NCBI GenBank assembly: GCA_039818205.1
Contig: JBCBUK010000002.1
Span: forward strand, 288,001-352,000
Source: Verrucomicrobiota bacterium
GTDB lineage: Bacteria > Verrucomicrobiota > Verrucomicrobiia > Opitutales > Cerasicoccaceae
Length of the DNA: 64,000 nucleotides
Direction: 5' to 3'
Shown here: positions 47,036-55,770 of the stretch, piece by piece
Layout of the letters: the number at the start of each line of letters is the position of its first letter
Numbering within the stretch: the first letter of the stretch is position 1
Notes under the pieces: generated by a model
What the model was told of the DNA's origin: nothing
What the model saw: only the letters and a program-made list of their open reading frames with translations
The model's database searches: none
Position numbers and translations under genes: made by a program

Positions 47036-48541
47036 CTAGTTGGCAGCCAGGCTAATGTTGCCGGTGATATTCGTCTCCGGCAACGCCAGCTGCAGGCTCT
47101 CGACCGCTTCAGGTGAGATCTCGTTTCCACCGACAGTCAGCCGCTCGAGCGAACCAAAGGACTTTAGGTGATTCAACGACTCGTCGGTTATCTCAGTTGA
47201 GAATAGATTGAGCCGCTTGAGTTGATTGGGCTGTATTCCCGCCACAAAATCGTCGCCTAGTTCAGAGTTGCGCAAGTCCAGGTTACGCAAGGAGACCATG
47301 CGGTTGATTTGCTCAAGGCTTGCTGGTGTGAGCTGGTTGTTGGGTATGGTAAGTTCTACGATTGACTCGATCACTGGTTCCAAGGCTGTAATCTCTTCGT
47401 CGGTCCAGCTTGCGTGAAAGCTTCGGATGGTCAGCTGAGCACTTTGGCTATCGATGTAGTGGATGACGCCTGGGTAGCTTGCCTGGAGTTTTTCTACGGC
47501 GGCTGCAATGGGCTCTCGCAGCGTCGCGATTTCTTCGGGTGACTTTTCGTGATGCTCGTCAGCGTGTTCTTCGAGCGCTTTTCCTTCGAGTAACGAAGCG
47601 GTCACCAGGTCGATCTTGTCGGCGATGGCTTCGTCTGGGTTGAGGTCGGCTAGTGTCTGGTCAACGGGTGCGCCCGCTTGAATCCACCATTCAACGAGTT
47701 TGGTTTCTTCATCGGTCATTTGCGGTTTATTGGCCGGGGGCATGTGCTCTTCGTCGGCCAAAGGCAAGTGGATGCGCGCAATCAGAAGGCTCTCTTCAAT
47801 GCTACCAGGCACCAAGGACGGTCCAGTCGATCCACCGTCGATCAGGCCTTCATAACTATCCATGACCAGGTTGCCTTTGAAGCTTTTGGCCATGTGGCAC
47901 TCGTAGCATTTTTGCGCAAAGATGGGTTCAACCAAATGCACATAGGCGTTGCGTTGATCCAGGGGCAGGGCGAGTCCCTGGGCCAGCGCTTGGTCTTCTT
48001 CCGAAACCGCATCGTGATCAATCCATGGTGCATAATCGGTTAGATAGCTTTCACCGTGGGTGATTGAAGCGCCTTGATGGCTTGCCCAGGTAAGAACGCC
48101 ACAGGTTGCAAAGAGTGTTGCGTAGAAGGCTGCACGAATCGACTGCTGCGTGTCGTAGCCCGGCAGGAAACGGAGAAAAAGCATGATCACGGCGGCGACT
48201 GCGGTTGCAATGCCCCAGCGCAAATGACTCTCCACGAGAGCACCCTGCATGTCTTCACCTTGCATGAGCAATATGCCGAGCGTCATGGCAGCGACTGCGC
48301 TCAAAGCGCCAAGGAAAACGGGAAGGCGCGTTTTGAAGTCCAGCTTGCCACGGCTTACCAGGTTTAGCGTTTCCATCAAAGCTGTCAGCAAGATGATGCC
48401 GATCGGCAAATGGAGAACGACCGGGTGAAAGCGGCCAAAGAATGTCACCAGGTTCTCGAGGCTAATAAGGTGACTCGCTAAGAGAACGAGCGGGCTCAGG
48501 GCCAACAGAACGAGTGCGATCGGTAAAATAAATCGAGGCAT
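47036..48541 (-). CDS. Membrane protein with a DUF2231-like TM domain, a planctomycete-type cytochrome c and leucine-rich repeats
   Basis: 'GRFHPVVLHLPIG', 'HQGASITHG..YL', haem motif CYECH with 'HMPP', and C-terminal LRRs 'LRNLDLRNSEL', 'LKRLNLFSTEI'. Confidence 0.85.
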   Translation of the reverse strand: MPRFILPIALVLLALSPLVLLASHLISLENLVTFFGRFHPVVLHLPIGIILLTALMETLNLVSRGKLDFKTRLPVFLGALSAVAAMTLGILLMQGEDMQGALVESHLRWGIATAVAAVIMLFLRFLPGYDTQQSIRAAFYATLFATCGVLTWASHQGASITHGESYLTDYAPWIDHDAVSEEDQALAQGLALPLDQRNAYVHLVEPIFAQKCYECHMAKSFKGNLVMDSYEGLIDGGSTGPSLVPGSIEESLLIARIHLPLADEEHMPPANKPQMTDEETKLVEWWIQAGAPVDQTLADLNPDEAIADKIDLVTASLLEGKALEEHADEHHEKSPEEIATLREPIAAAVEKLQASYPGVIHYIDSQSAQLTIRSFHASWTDEEITALEPVIESIVELTIPNNQLTPASLEQINRMVSLRNLDLRNSELGDDFVAGIQPNQLKRLNLFSTEITDESLNHLKSFGSLERLTVGGNEISPEAVESLQLALPETNITGNISLAAN

Positions 48542-48562
48542 AGAGAAAATTGTGAAATGCCT

Positions 48563-50050
48563 CTAGGCGATCAGATCGTGGAGAACGCTGGCCGGTTTTA
48601 CCCCAGTAAGTTTTTGGTTCAAGCCCTGGTAGGGATAGACCAACTGATTGTGGTTGAGGCCAAGCATATTTAACAGGGTCGCATGGAAGTCGCGGACCCA
48701 AACCGGCTTACTGGCAACTTGGTAGCCCATCTCGTCGGTCTCTCCGTAGGTGGTCCCAGCCTTTACACCGGCGCCAGCCATCCAGAACGTAAACGCCCCT
48801 GGATTGTGGTCGCGGCCTACGAATTTCATTTCGGTGCCGTTGCGATTCTCGCGCATCGGGGTGCGGCCAAACTCCGTGCCCCAAACGACCAAAGTGTCTT
48901 CCAGCATACCGCGCTGCTTCAGGTCAAGGAGGAGGGCAGTCATCGGTTTGTCGATTTGCTTGCACTTGTTATGGAAGCCGACGTTGAGCGCCTCACCCGC
49001 ACTGGAACCGTGGCTGTCCCAGCCGTAGTCAAAGAGCTGGACGAAGCGAACACCCTTCTCAACGAGCTTACGGGCAAGCAGGCAATTGTTGGCAAAGCTG
49101 CTACCTCCGGGCTTCGAACCATAGAGTTCGTGGACGTGCTTCGGCTCGTCCGATATATCCATTGCCTCCGGTACTGAGGATTGCATACGGAAGGCCATCT
49201 CGTATTGCGCAATCCGTGTGTTGATTTCGGGATCCTTTACTTCGCGATACTTCTGCTCGTTAATTTTATTGAGGCTATTCAGCGCGGCGCGGCGGAATTT
49301 TTGGGAGACGTAGTGGGGGTTCGACACATTTAGAATTGGGTCACCCGAAGACCGGCAGAGCACGCCCTGGTATACCGATGGAAGATAGCCTGAGCCCCAC
49401 AGGTTTTTTCCGGCGCGGGGTGGGCGTCCACCCGACATCAGAACCATGTAGCCCGGCAGGTTTTGATTCTCGGTGCCGAGCCCATAGGTCACCCAAGAGC
49501 CCATCGAGGCGTTGCCAAGACGAGCCTGCCCGGTGTGCACAACCAATTGCGCCGGGCCATGGTTGAACTGATCGGTCTTCATCGTCTTGACGAAGCAAAC
49601 ATCATCCACGACCTGGGAAAACGTAGGCAGCAAATCGGAAACCCAGGCGCCTGATTGGCCATGTTGTTTAAACGCACTTTGCGGCCCCAGCATCTTGGGT
49701 GTGCCTTGAATAAACGCGAAGTTTTGACCTTCGAGAAAATCGGGTGGGCATTCCTTGCCATCGACTTTGGCCAGCTCAGGTTTGTAGTCAAAGAGCTCGA
49801 GTTGGCTTGGCCCGCCGACCATGTGCAAGAAGATGATGTTTTTTACCTTGGGAGCAAAGGCGGGCGGCAAGGGATTCAGCGGATTGTTTGGGTCGTGCGT
49901 GATGTCATAACCCAGCCCCGAGCCAAACGCATTGTTGCCCAAGGTGGACCCAAGCCAAATCGCTCCGAGACCCGATGCACAGTTCTTTAAGAACTGCCGA
50001 CGAGTGCCCATTTGAATTTTTTCGAATTCGTTTTCTTGGAATATATTCAT
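48563..50050 (-). CDS. DUF1501-family protein (Tat-exported, sulfatase/alkaline-phosphatase-like fold)
   Basis: Tat motif 'TRRQFLK', then 'IFLHMVGGPSQLELFDYKP', 'WDSH', 'EFGRTP' and 'GRDH'. Confidence 0.92.
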   Translation of the reverse strand: MNIFQENEFEKIQMGTRRQFLKNCASGLGAIWLGSTLGNNAFGSGLGYDITHDPNNPLNPLPPAFAPKVKNIIFLHMVGGPSQLELFDYKPELAKVDGKECPPDFLEGQNFAFIQGTPKMLGPQSAFKQHGQSGAWVSDLLPTFSQVVDDVCFVKTMKTDQFNHGPAQLVVHTGQARLGNASMGSWVTYGLGTENQNLPGYMVLMSGGRPPRAGKNLWGSGYLPSVYQGVLCRSSGDPILNVSNPHYVSQKFRRAALNSLNKINEQKYREVKDPEINTRIAQYEMAFRMQSSVPEAMDISDEPKHVHELYGSKPGGSSFANNCLLARKLVEKGVRFVQLFDYGWDSHGSSAGEALNVGFHNKCKQIDKPMTALLLDLKQRGMLEDTLVVWGTEFGRTPMRENRNGTEMKFVGRDHNPGAFTFWMAGAGVKAGTTYGETDEMGYQVASKPVWVRDFHATLLNMLGLNHNQLVYPYQGLNQKLTGVKPASVLHDLIA

Positions 50051-50070
50051 GGCCGGCTGGATTTTTTGAG

Positions 50071-53000
50071 TTACTTGGTCAGCACTTCATCGAGATTGAG
50101 CAGTACACTCGCGACCGCATCGTAGGCTGCGAGTTCTGCGGAATAACTAAATTGATCGTTCGGATCACGGGATACGGAATCGGGGTCGGGCAAGTCTTCG
50201 GGTGGATCCTGTTTCTTGTTCTTTGCCTGCCAGATTAGCCGGTTGCGCTCCTTCTTGAGCTGTTCCCGTTCTTGATTGAGCTGCCGTTCAATGTGGTTTT
50301 CGTATTCCTCTTGGAGAAGCGGTTCTTCGTCCGGGTAGAGCTCGACGATACTTCCATGCAGTTCCACAAGCTCTTCGAGAACGGCAGGAGCGATTTCTTG
50401 GGCTGTGGCGACTTGATACCCGTAGGCGATGTTTCGCGAAAGGTCCTCACTGTGGTTCTTCATCTTCTGACCGAAGGCCTGGGTCGCCATAAACAGCGCG
50501 GGATCATTCAACGTGAACAAGGGTTGAACTGGAGTGTTCGAAGTAATGCGGCGGTCCGTGCAGAGTTCCCGTGACGGTGCGTCGAAGGCAGCAAGCATTG
50601 GGTATACGCTCGAGCGTTGCCAGTGGATGTAAATCGACCGGCGGAAAATACGATCGTCTTTATCGGCAACCCAATCTCCAGCTCCGGTGTGCGATGGCGT
50701 CCACCCGCCTTCAGGCAAAGGAGGCTTCACCGGCTCACCGAACATATCCTCGTTGAGAATACCAGCAACCGCCATGACTTGGTCGCGCACCATTTCACCC
50801 GTTAGGCGGCTGCGGGGGCCGCGAGCCAGCAAACGGTTTTTCGGATCAAGCTCCTGAAGCTCGGGGCTCGAAACACTGGTTTGGCGGTAGGCGGAAGACA
50901 TAACCATATCCCGCAGGAGCGACTTCATGCTCCACTCGTATTCATGCATGAATTGATAGGCCAGGTAGTCCAGCATTTCGGGATGCGATGGTGTTTCACC
51001 GATGGAACCAAAGTCTTCGAGAGTCTCCACGATGCCCACCCCAAAGAGTTGCTCCCAGAAGCGGCTTACCAATACGCGTGCGGTGAGCGGGTTGTTCTCG
51101 TCAGCGAGCCATTTTGCCATCCGCAAGCGGGCGGGTTCGTCGGTGTCCGGCATGGGATGTAGTGAGGCCGGTGTGTCGGCAGCAACTTCGTCGCCAAGGG
51201 TTGTCCAGTTGCCGCGAACAAATATTTTGTTACCGCGGGCTAAATGCTCAGGACGCTCGCGCATGATGGGAATCCGAACGTTTGGCAGCTTCTTTAATTG
51301 GTCGTAGGTCTTCCAGTCGACGTGCTTGTTAGCCACCCAGGTTTCTTCGTCTTCGAGCGATCGCCAGGTTTCATTGTCCGTGATAGCGAGGGAGCCTCGG
51401 CGCAGAATCATTATTTTGCCACCACCCGTAGCGCCGTGTTCTATGATGAACTTGAGTTGGTCACCGTCTTCGACCTCAAAGGGTTCCTTGAACCGGAACA
51501 CCGCATAACGGCGATGGAAGATGCGGGTCGTTGCGGAAAAGCCAGACTCGCCCTTCTTGGGGTCGCCCCAATAGAACGAATGCGGTTCATCACGATACAC
51601 CCGGTCAAAGGCAATGGGTGTTTCCGTTTGGTCCTCTCCCGAAATGTGAACGATTTTAAGCCTCTTGAGGAAGAAACCGGCAGAGGGCTGGAAAGGTGCC
51701 TTATCGAGATCCAGCGGGAGGACATCCATGCGAAGTGCCTGAACTGGTTTTTCAAGAGCAGGGGCATCCGTGAGGATGGTCATCTTATTCCAGGCCGGCG
51801 TTCCTTCGAAAACGAATTCCTCGCGGCCCTCGCGCTCAATTACTTTGTAGCGAAGCTGTTCGTCCTTACTGGTAGTAACGGACATGTCCGTGAGCCAGTG
51901 CCAGTCGGTTGACTCGGCGAGTTCGTGCGAGCGTTCCCAGTTGGCCTCAATGGCTTGGTAACGTTGCCCGATCAGGTCCTTGAGTTCGAGTTGCTTGGCT
52001 TCGTCTTTGGGGAATTCGATGTAGGGAAACTCTTCGTAGGTATCGGCATCCTGCGTGTTATTGAAGAAGGCCGAGAATTCATAGTATTCTTCGTGTCGAA
52101 AGGGATCGTAGGGGTGGGAGTGGCACTGAACGCAAGAGAATGTGGTGCCGTGCCAGACTTGCCAGGTCGTGTTTACCCGATCCATGACCGCGAGTACTCG
52201 GAACTCTTCATCGTCGGTGCCTCCCTCGTCTTCGTTCTGCGTATTGCGGTGGAATGCGGTTGCCAGGTAGTCGTCGAACGTTGGGTTTGGAAGCAGGTCA
52301 CCCGCGATTTGCTTGATCGTAAATTCGTCGAAGGGCATGTCTTCATTGAAGGCCCGGATTACCCAATTTCGAAATTTGTAGATGTTTCGGGGTCCATCCT
52401 GGCCAGCGCCTTTTGAGTCCGCGTAGCGTGCCAAGTCGAGCCAAAGGGTTGCCCACCGTTCGCCATAGCGGGGTGAGGCTAAGAGGCGATCGACTTGCCT
52501 TTCGTACGCATCGGGAGAGTCATCCGCAATAAACGACTGGAGCTCTTCCTCGGTCGGAGGAATTCCGGTCAGGTCAATGGAAAGTCGCCGCAGCAGCGCA
52601 CCTTTTTGGGCTTCGGGGCTCGGGCTCAAAGCTTCTTGGTTCAACCGGTCCAAAATGAACGCGTCGATTTCATTGGTAATCCAATCGCTTTGGACCGGCG
52701 GGACCTCAGCAACGGCTACGGGAGAAAACGCCCAATGCTCTTCCCACGATGCTCCCTGCTTGATCCATTCCTTGAGCAGGGCAATTTCCTTCTCCTTGAG
52801 AGCCGGCCCATGGTCCGGGGGCGGCATGCGGAAATTTGGATCCGTGGAAGTGACCTTCTCTATCAGGTAGGATGCGTCGGGGTCACCAGGTATAATCGAT
52901 TGACTGCCCGATTGGCCAACGGCAATGGCTTCCTCTTCGAATACAAAGGAAAGGCCGCCTGATTTCTTAACACCGCCGTGGCACGCAGCACAGTTTTTGG

Positions 53001-53151
53001 TTAAGATCGGCCGGATGTGCTCGTTAAATTCAATAACCTCAGGAACAGAAACTGTCTGAGGTTGGGTCGTTTCCTTACCGCAACCAGCGAGGAACAAGGC
53101 GCCGGCAAGGGCGATGCCGGAAATTGTGAACTTTGGTGTAATTGGGGACAT
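50071..53151 (-). CDS. PSD1 (DUF1553) / DUF1549 / planctomycete cytochrome c lipoprotein
   Basis: Lipobox LAGC; haem motifs CAACH and CVQCH; 'LLRRLSIDLTGIPP', 'WLDLARYADS', 'NPLTARV', 'PSHPEMLD', 'RRSIY' and 'SNTPVQ'. Confidence 0.92.
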   Translation of the reverse strand: MSPITPKFTISGIALAGALFLAGCGKETTQPQTVSVPEVIEFNEHIRPILTKNCAACHGGVKKSGGLSFVFEEEAIAVGQSGSQSIIPGDPDASYLIEKVTSTDPNFRMPPPDHGPALKEKEIALLKEWIKQGASWEEHWAFSPVAVAEVPPVQSDWITNEIDAFILDRLNQEALSPSPEAQKGALLRRLSIDLTGIPPTEEELQSFIADDSPDAYERQVDRLLASPRYGERWATLWLDLARYADSKGAGQDGPRNIYKFRNWVIRAFNEDMPFDEFTIKQIAGDLLPNPTFDDYLATAFHRNTQNEDEGGTDDEEFRVLAVMDRVNTTWQVWHGTTFSCVQCHSHPYDPFRHEEYYEFSAFFNNTQDADTYEEFPYIEFPKDEAKQLELKDLIGQRYQAIEANWERSHELAESTDWHWLTDMSVTTSKDEQLRYKVIEREGREEFVFEGTPAWNKMTILTDAPALEKPVQALRMDVLPLDLDKAPFQPSAGFFLKRLKIVHISGEDQTETPIAFDRVYRDEPHSFYWGDPKKGESGFSATTRIFHRRYAVFRFKEPFEVEDGDQLKFIIEHGATGGGKIMILRRGSLAITDNETWRSLEDEETWVANKHVDWKTYDQLKKLPNVRIPIMRERPEHLARGNKIFVRGNWTTLGDEVAADTPASLHPMPDTDEPARLRMAKWLADENNPLTARVLVSRFWEQLFGVGIVETLEDFGSIGETPSHPEMLDYLAYQFMHEYEWSMKSLLRDMVMSSAYRQTSVSSPELQELDPKNRLLARGPRSRLTGEMVRDQVMAVAGILNEDMFGEPVKPPLPEGGWTPSHTGAGDWVADKDDRIFRRSIYIHWQRSSVYPMLAAFDAPSRELCTDRRITSNTPVQPLFTLNDPALFMATQAFGQKMKNHSEDLSRNIAYGYQVATAQEIAPAVLEELVELHGSIVELYPDEEPLLQEEYENHIERQLNQEREQLKKERNRLIWQAKNKKQDPPEDLPDPDSVSRDPNDQFSYSAELAAYDAVASVLLNLDEVLTK

Positions 53152-53164
53152 CTCAGTAAGACCA

Positions 53165-53214
53165 GACTTAATTAGTTTTATAATTAAACTAAAAAGTCGA
53201 TACTAAGTATTAGT
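53165..53214. promoter_or_regulatory. AT-rich palindromic operator TTAGTTT-N7-AAACTAA (with GACTT/AAGTC flanks) plus ACTAA-GTA-TTAGT, upstream of the PSD1 operon
   Basis: Perfect 7-bp arms at 53172-53178 and 53186-53192, outer arms at 53165-53169 and 53194-53198, and a second palindrome at 53202-53214; all within 65 nt of the ATG at 53151. Confidence 0.6.
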
Positions 53215-53356
53215 TTCTTCTTGGGATTTGCGCATTATACCTAATGAACCCCGCGATTTCCACTATCAAAAGATAGCGGCCTAGCGCCCGTGGGTCAACC
53301 CGGACCGAAGCATACTCAAAAACCTTGAGGAGATTACCGATAGTTGGAGTATGAGG

Positions 53357-54145
53357 CTATTGGGATTCCTCAAAACGCACAATTCGCGAGCGCAATGCGA
53401 ATCCGCCTTCCAAAGTGGGGGTTGCGTTAATATCGAGCGTGTAGCTCGGACCACCATCGCCTTGGGCGATTGAGACTGATGCATCCGAGCCGGGGAGGCT
53501 TAGTATGCTCGGTGCCGAAAGCAGATTCGCGCCATCGTGACCCTCAGCCGCTGACCAAGCCGCCGTAGCTTCATCAATGGTCCAGGCCTCAGCATGCTGC
53601 AGCGTATTCCGGGCGTTAGTCGCGATGGAACGCATGTTATTTTCTTCGATGAAGTCTTGGTTTAGTACGAGGACATGCGCATCCATCGCAATAGCCTCTT
53701 GTCCGTCCGGGAGGGTCACTTTCCGGGGAGAAATGAAGGTGAATTCGTAGGCATCGTCGCCAATCGGGTAGCCGCCGGTAACGAGAACCTCGTTTTCACT
53801 GATCTCGGCGTGGACGGTCGAACTCAGCATGTCCTGGTTCAGTGGGGCTGCAAGGGCTTCGATCTCTCGCCGGGCTTCAGCTAGTTGTTCTTTAAGGCCC
53901 TCGTCATCAGTAGCTTCTGGTTTATCTGCTTCCCTGGTGTCATCTGGAGAAAGTTCCGCTTTGGGAACCTCTACAGGGTCAGAATTGGCACTTGCGCCAG
54001 CGTTGCTCCAGCTCCGTTCTCCAGATTTTCCCTGGTCAACTATGGTGGGTTCAATCGTCTCGTGGGATCCCGGCTGAAGCAGGATCATGATCGAGCCAAT
54101 GGCGAGAATGATCAATGCGCCAATGACTAAAACCTGTTTTTGCAT
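53357..54145 (-). CDS. Membrane-anchored hypothetical protein with a short secretin-like C-terminal segment
   Basis: Start trimmed to the ATG at 54145. TM 'VLVIGALIILAIGSIMILL', a coiled coil, and 'NLLSAPSILSLPGSDASVSI....LDINATP'. Confidence 0.6.
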   Translation of the reverse strand: MQKQVLVIGALIILAIGSIMILLQPGSHETIEPTIVDQGKSGERSWSNAGASANSDPVEVPKAELSPDDTREADKPEATDDEGLKEQLAEARREIEALAAPLNQDMLSSTVHAEISENEVLVTGGYPIGDDAYEFTFISPRKVTLPDGQEAIAMDAHVLVLNQDFIEENNMRSIATNARNTLQHAEAWTIDEATAAWSAAEGHDGANLLSAPSILSLPGSDASVSIAQGDGGPSYTLDINATPTLEGGFALRSRIVRFEESQ

Positions 54146-54177
54146 AACGATGGGGCCATTTTCGACCCGCTCAAGGA

Positions 54178-55770
54178 CTAGTAGTCTTTCTCGTATTCGA
54201 CTCCATTGGAGTCGGTAAAAATAAGCAATCCCAGGGCGGGGTCGTGAGCCGTCCAACGGATTTCGAGCTCGGGGTTGATGATCTGGCCGCGCTCGTACGC
54301 TTTCCCGTTATAGATCATCTTCTCCCGGCCGAAGCCGCTTGGGCGCATCGCTTCAACCCACTCAATAACCAGTGGATCCTGCTCCGTGAAGGTTGGAAGC
54401 TTCTCAACCGCGGCCGGGTCGGGTGTCAATACCTCGAGCGGCTTGTCCGTGATCAGCTCATGGGTCGCGGGCGGTACCGAGGTGTTGCTGGACTCTTCGG
54501 TCGATCCCAAAATCTCATCGGTTGATGACTTGGCATTCACTTGAGCAACGGCTTCTTTGGCCTTGTCAATCGACGCCTTCGGAATGTCGGCAATGCTCGT
54601 TTTCTCCGCTTCGGGCTCGACGGTCGATTCCTCGCCACTATCGCCCATGGCTCCGAGGACGCCAATGCCGATTGCGGCGACGCCGCCTACGAGGATTACG
54701 AGGACAACCACGCCGATCAAAATACCTTTTAATGGACTGCCCTTCTTTTGCTTGTCCAGCTCCTCGCTGACCAGATCTGGAGCCGATTGAGCGGGCGGGG
54801 GCATATTGCCACCAGCGCTTGCCGGGGCTCCTCCGCCTGGTAGGGGTGGCGGTGCCCCTGCGGGGCTTGCAGTCGGCGGTGGAGGCATACCCGCCGGTGG
54901 GGGTGGCATTCCGGCCGGTGGTGCGACATTGCCGGTTGGTGGCCCTGACATGCCTGGCGGAGGGCCAGCCATACCGGGTGCACCTGGAGGCGGTGGAGCG
55001 CCAGTCGGCGCGGCCATGGCTCCTGCTGGTGGCGGAGGTAAAGTAGCCCCGGGTGGTGGGGGCGGAATATCAGCTGCGGGCGGTGGCGTAGTTGCCCCTG
55101 GAATTGGAGGCGTAGCACCTGGAGGCGGTGGTGCGCCTGGCGGTGGAGTTGCACCAATGCCTGGCCCCGAAGTTGAAACTGGTGGGGGCGACTCATTGAC
55201 GGTTTGCTGCTCCGTATCCGAAAGCGTCCAATTCATATCCCCCTTGGGCTGGTCAGCAGCACCTGCTGAGGCTGCTTCTTGACCGCCCTTCCGCTTTAGA
55301 CCGAGCCTCATCTTTGGCTTCTCTGGTTCAGCCGATGGTGCTGCACTTGGGGCGGGCGTTGCGGGAGCGCTGGAAATGGGTGGTGGAGGAGCGGATTCGG
55401 CTTGAGCGGGTGGTTGGGCTTCGCCCGCACGCTTCAGGCCAAGACTTTTCTTCGGCACCTCCTCTTCCTGGTGCGCGTTCGCCCGGGCTGCTTCCTCGGC
55501 GAGGCTATCCTCGGATCGCTTGAAGCTCATCCGCGGCTTTTTAGGCTCGGCGGCGGTGGGTTCGGGAGCTGCTGCTTCCACTGGTGGAGTCGCCTCGACC
55601 GGCGGGCTTGCCTCTGCTGCAGGCGGAGCCATCTCGGCAGGTGGAGGTGTTGCCTCCGGGGCTGCGGATTCCTTGGGTTCAGCAGGAGCGGTGGAACCGC
55701 TCCCCTTTTTGCGGAGAACCAGCTTCTTTTTACCGCTGGAACTGCTTTCGGTATTCGATTCCTGACTCAT
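54178..55770 (-). CDS. Proline-rich single-TM protein with an ExeB/GspB-like C-terminal domain
   Basis: About 345 aa of low-complexity Pro/Ala N-terminus, TM 'GILIGVVVLVILVGGVAAIGIGVL', and a C-terminal domain homologous to that of the upstream gene. Confidence 0.75.
   Translation of the reverse strand: MSQESNTESSSSGKKKLVLRKKGSGSTAPAEPKESAAPEATPPPAEMAPPAAEASPPVEATPPVEAAAPEPTAAEPKKPRMSFKRSEDSLAEEAARANAHQEEEVPKKSLGLKRAGEAQPPAQAESAPPPPISSAPATPAPSAAPSAEPEKPKMRLGLKRKGGQEAASAGAADQPKGDMNWTLSDTEQQTVNESPPPVSTSGPGIGATPPPGAPPPPGATPPIPGATTPPPAADIPPPPPGATLPPPPAGAMAAPTGAPPPPGAPGMAGPPPGMSGPPTGNVAPPAGMPPPPAGMPPPPTASPAGAPPPLPGGGAPASAGGNMPPPAQSAPDLVSEELDKQKKGSPLKGILIGVVVLVILVGGVAAIGIGVLGAMGDSGEESTVEPEAEKTSIADIPKASIDKAKEAVAQVNAKSSTDEILGSTEESSNTSVPPATHELITDKPLEVLTPDPAAVEKLPTFTEQDPLVIEWVEAMRPSGFGREKMIYNGKAYERGQIINPELEIRWTAHDPALGLLIFTDSNGVEYEKDY

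Noticed and set aside
54780..55170. Quasi-tandem GGCGGTGG-type repeats (possible CRISPR or VNTR)
   Set aside because: Degenerate and explained by polyproline codons; no constant repeat-spacer structure and no cas genes.
54806..55282. Gly-rich 158 aa plus-strand ORF, and similar ones at 55788-56324 and 56328-56558
   Set aside because: These are antisense shadows of the Pro-rich genes (CCN codons read as GGN); no independent signals.
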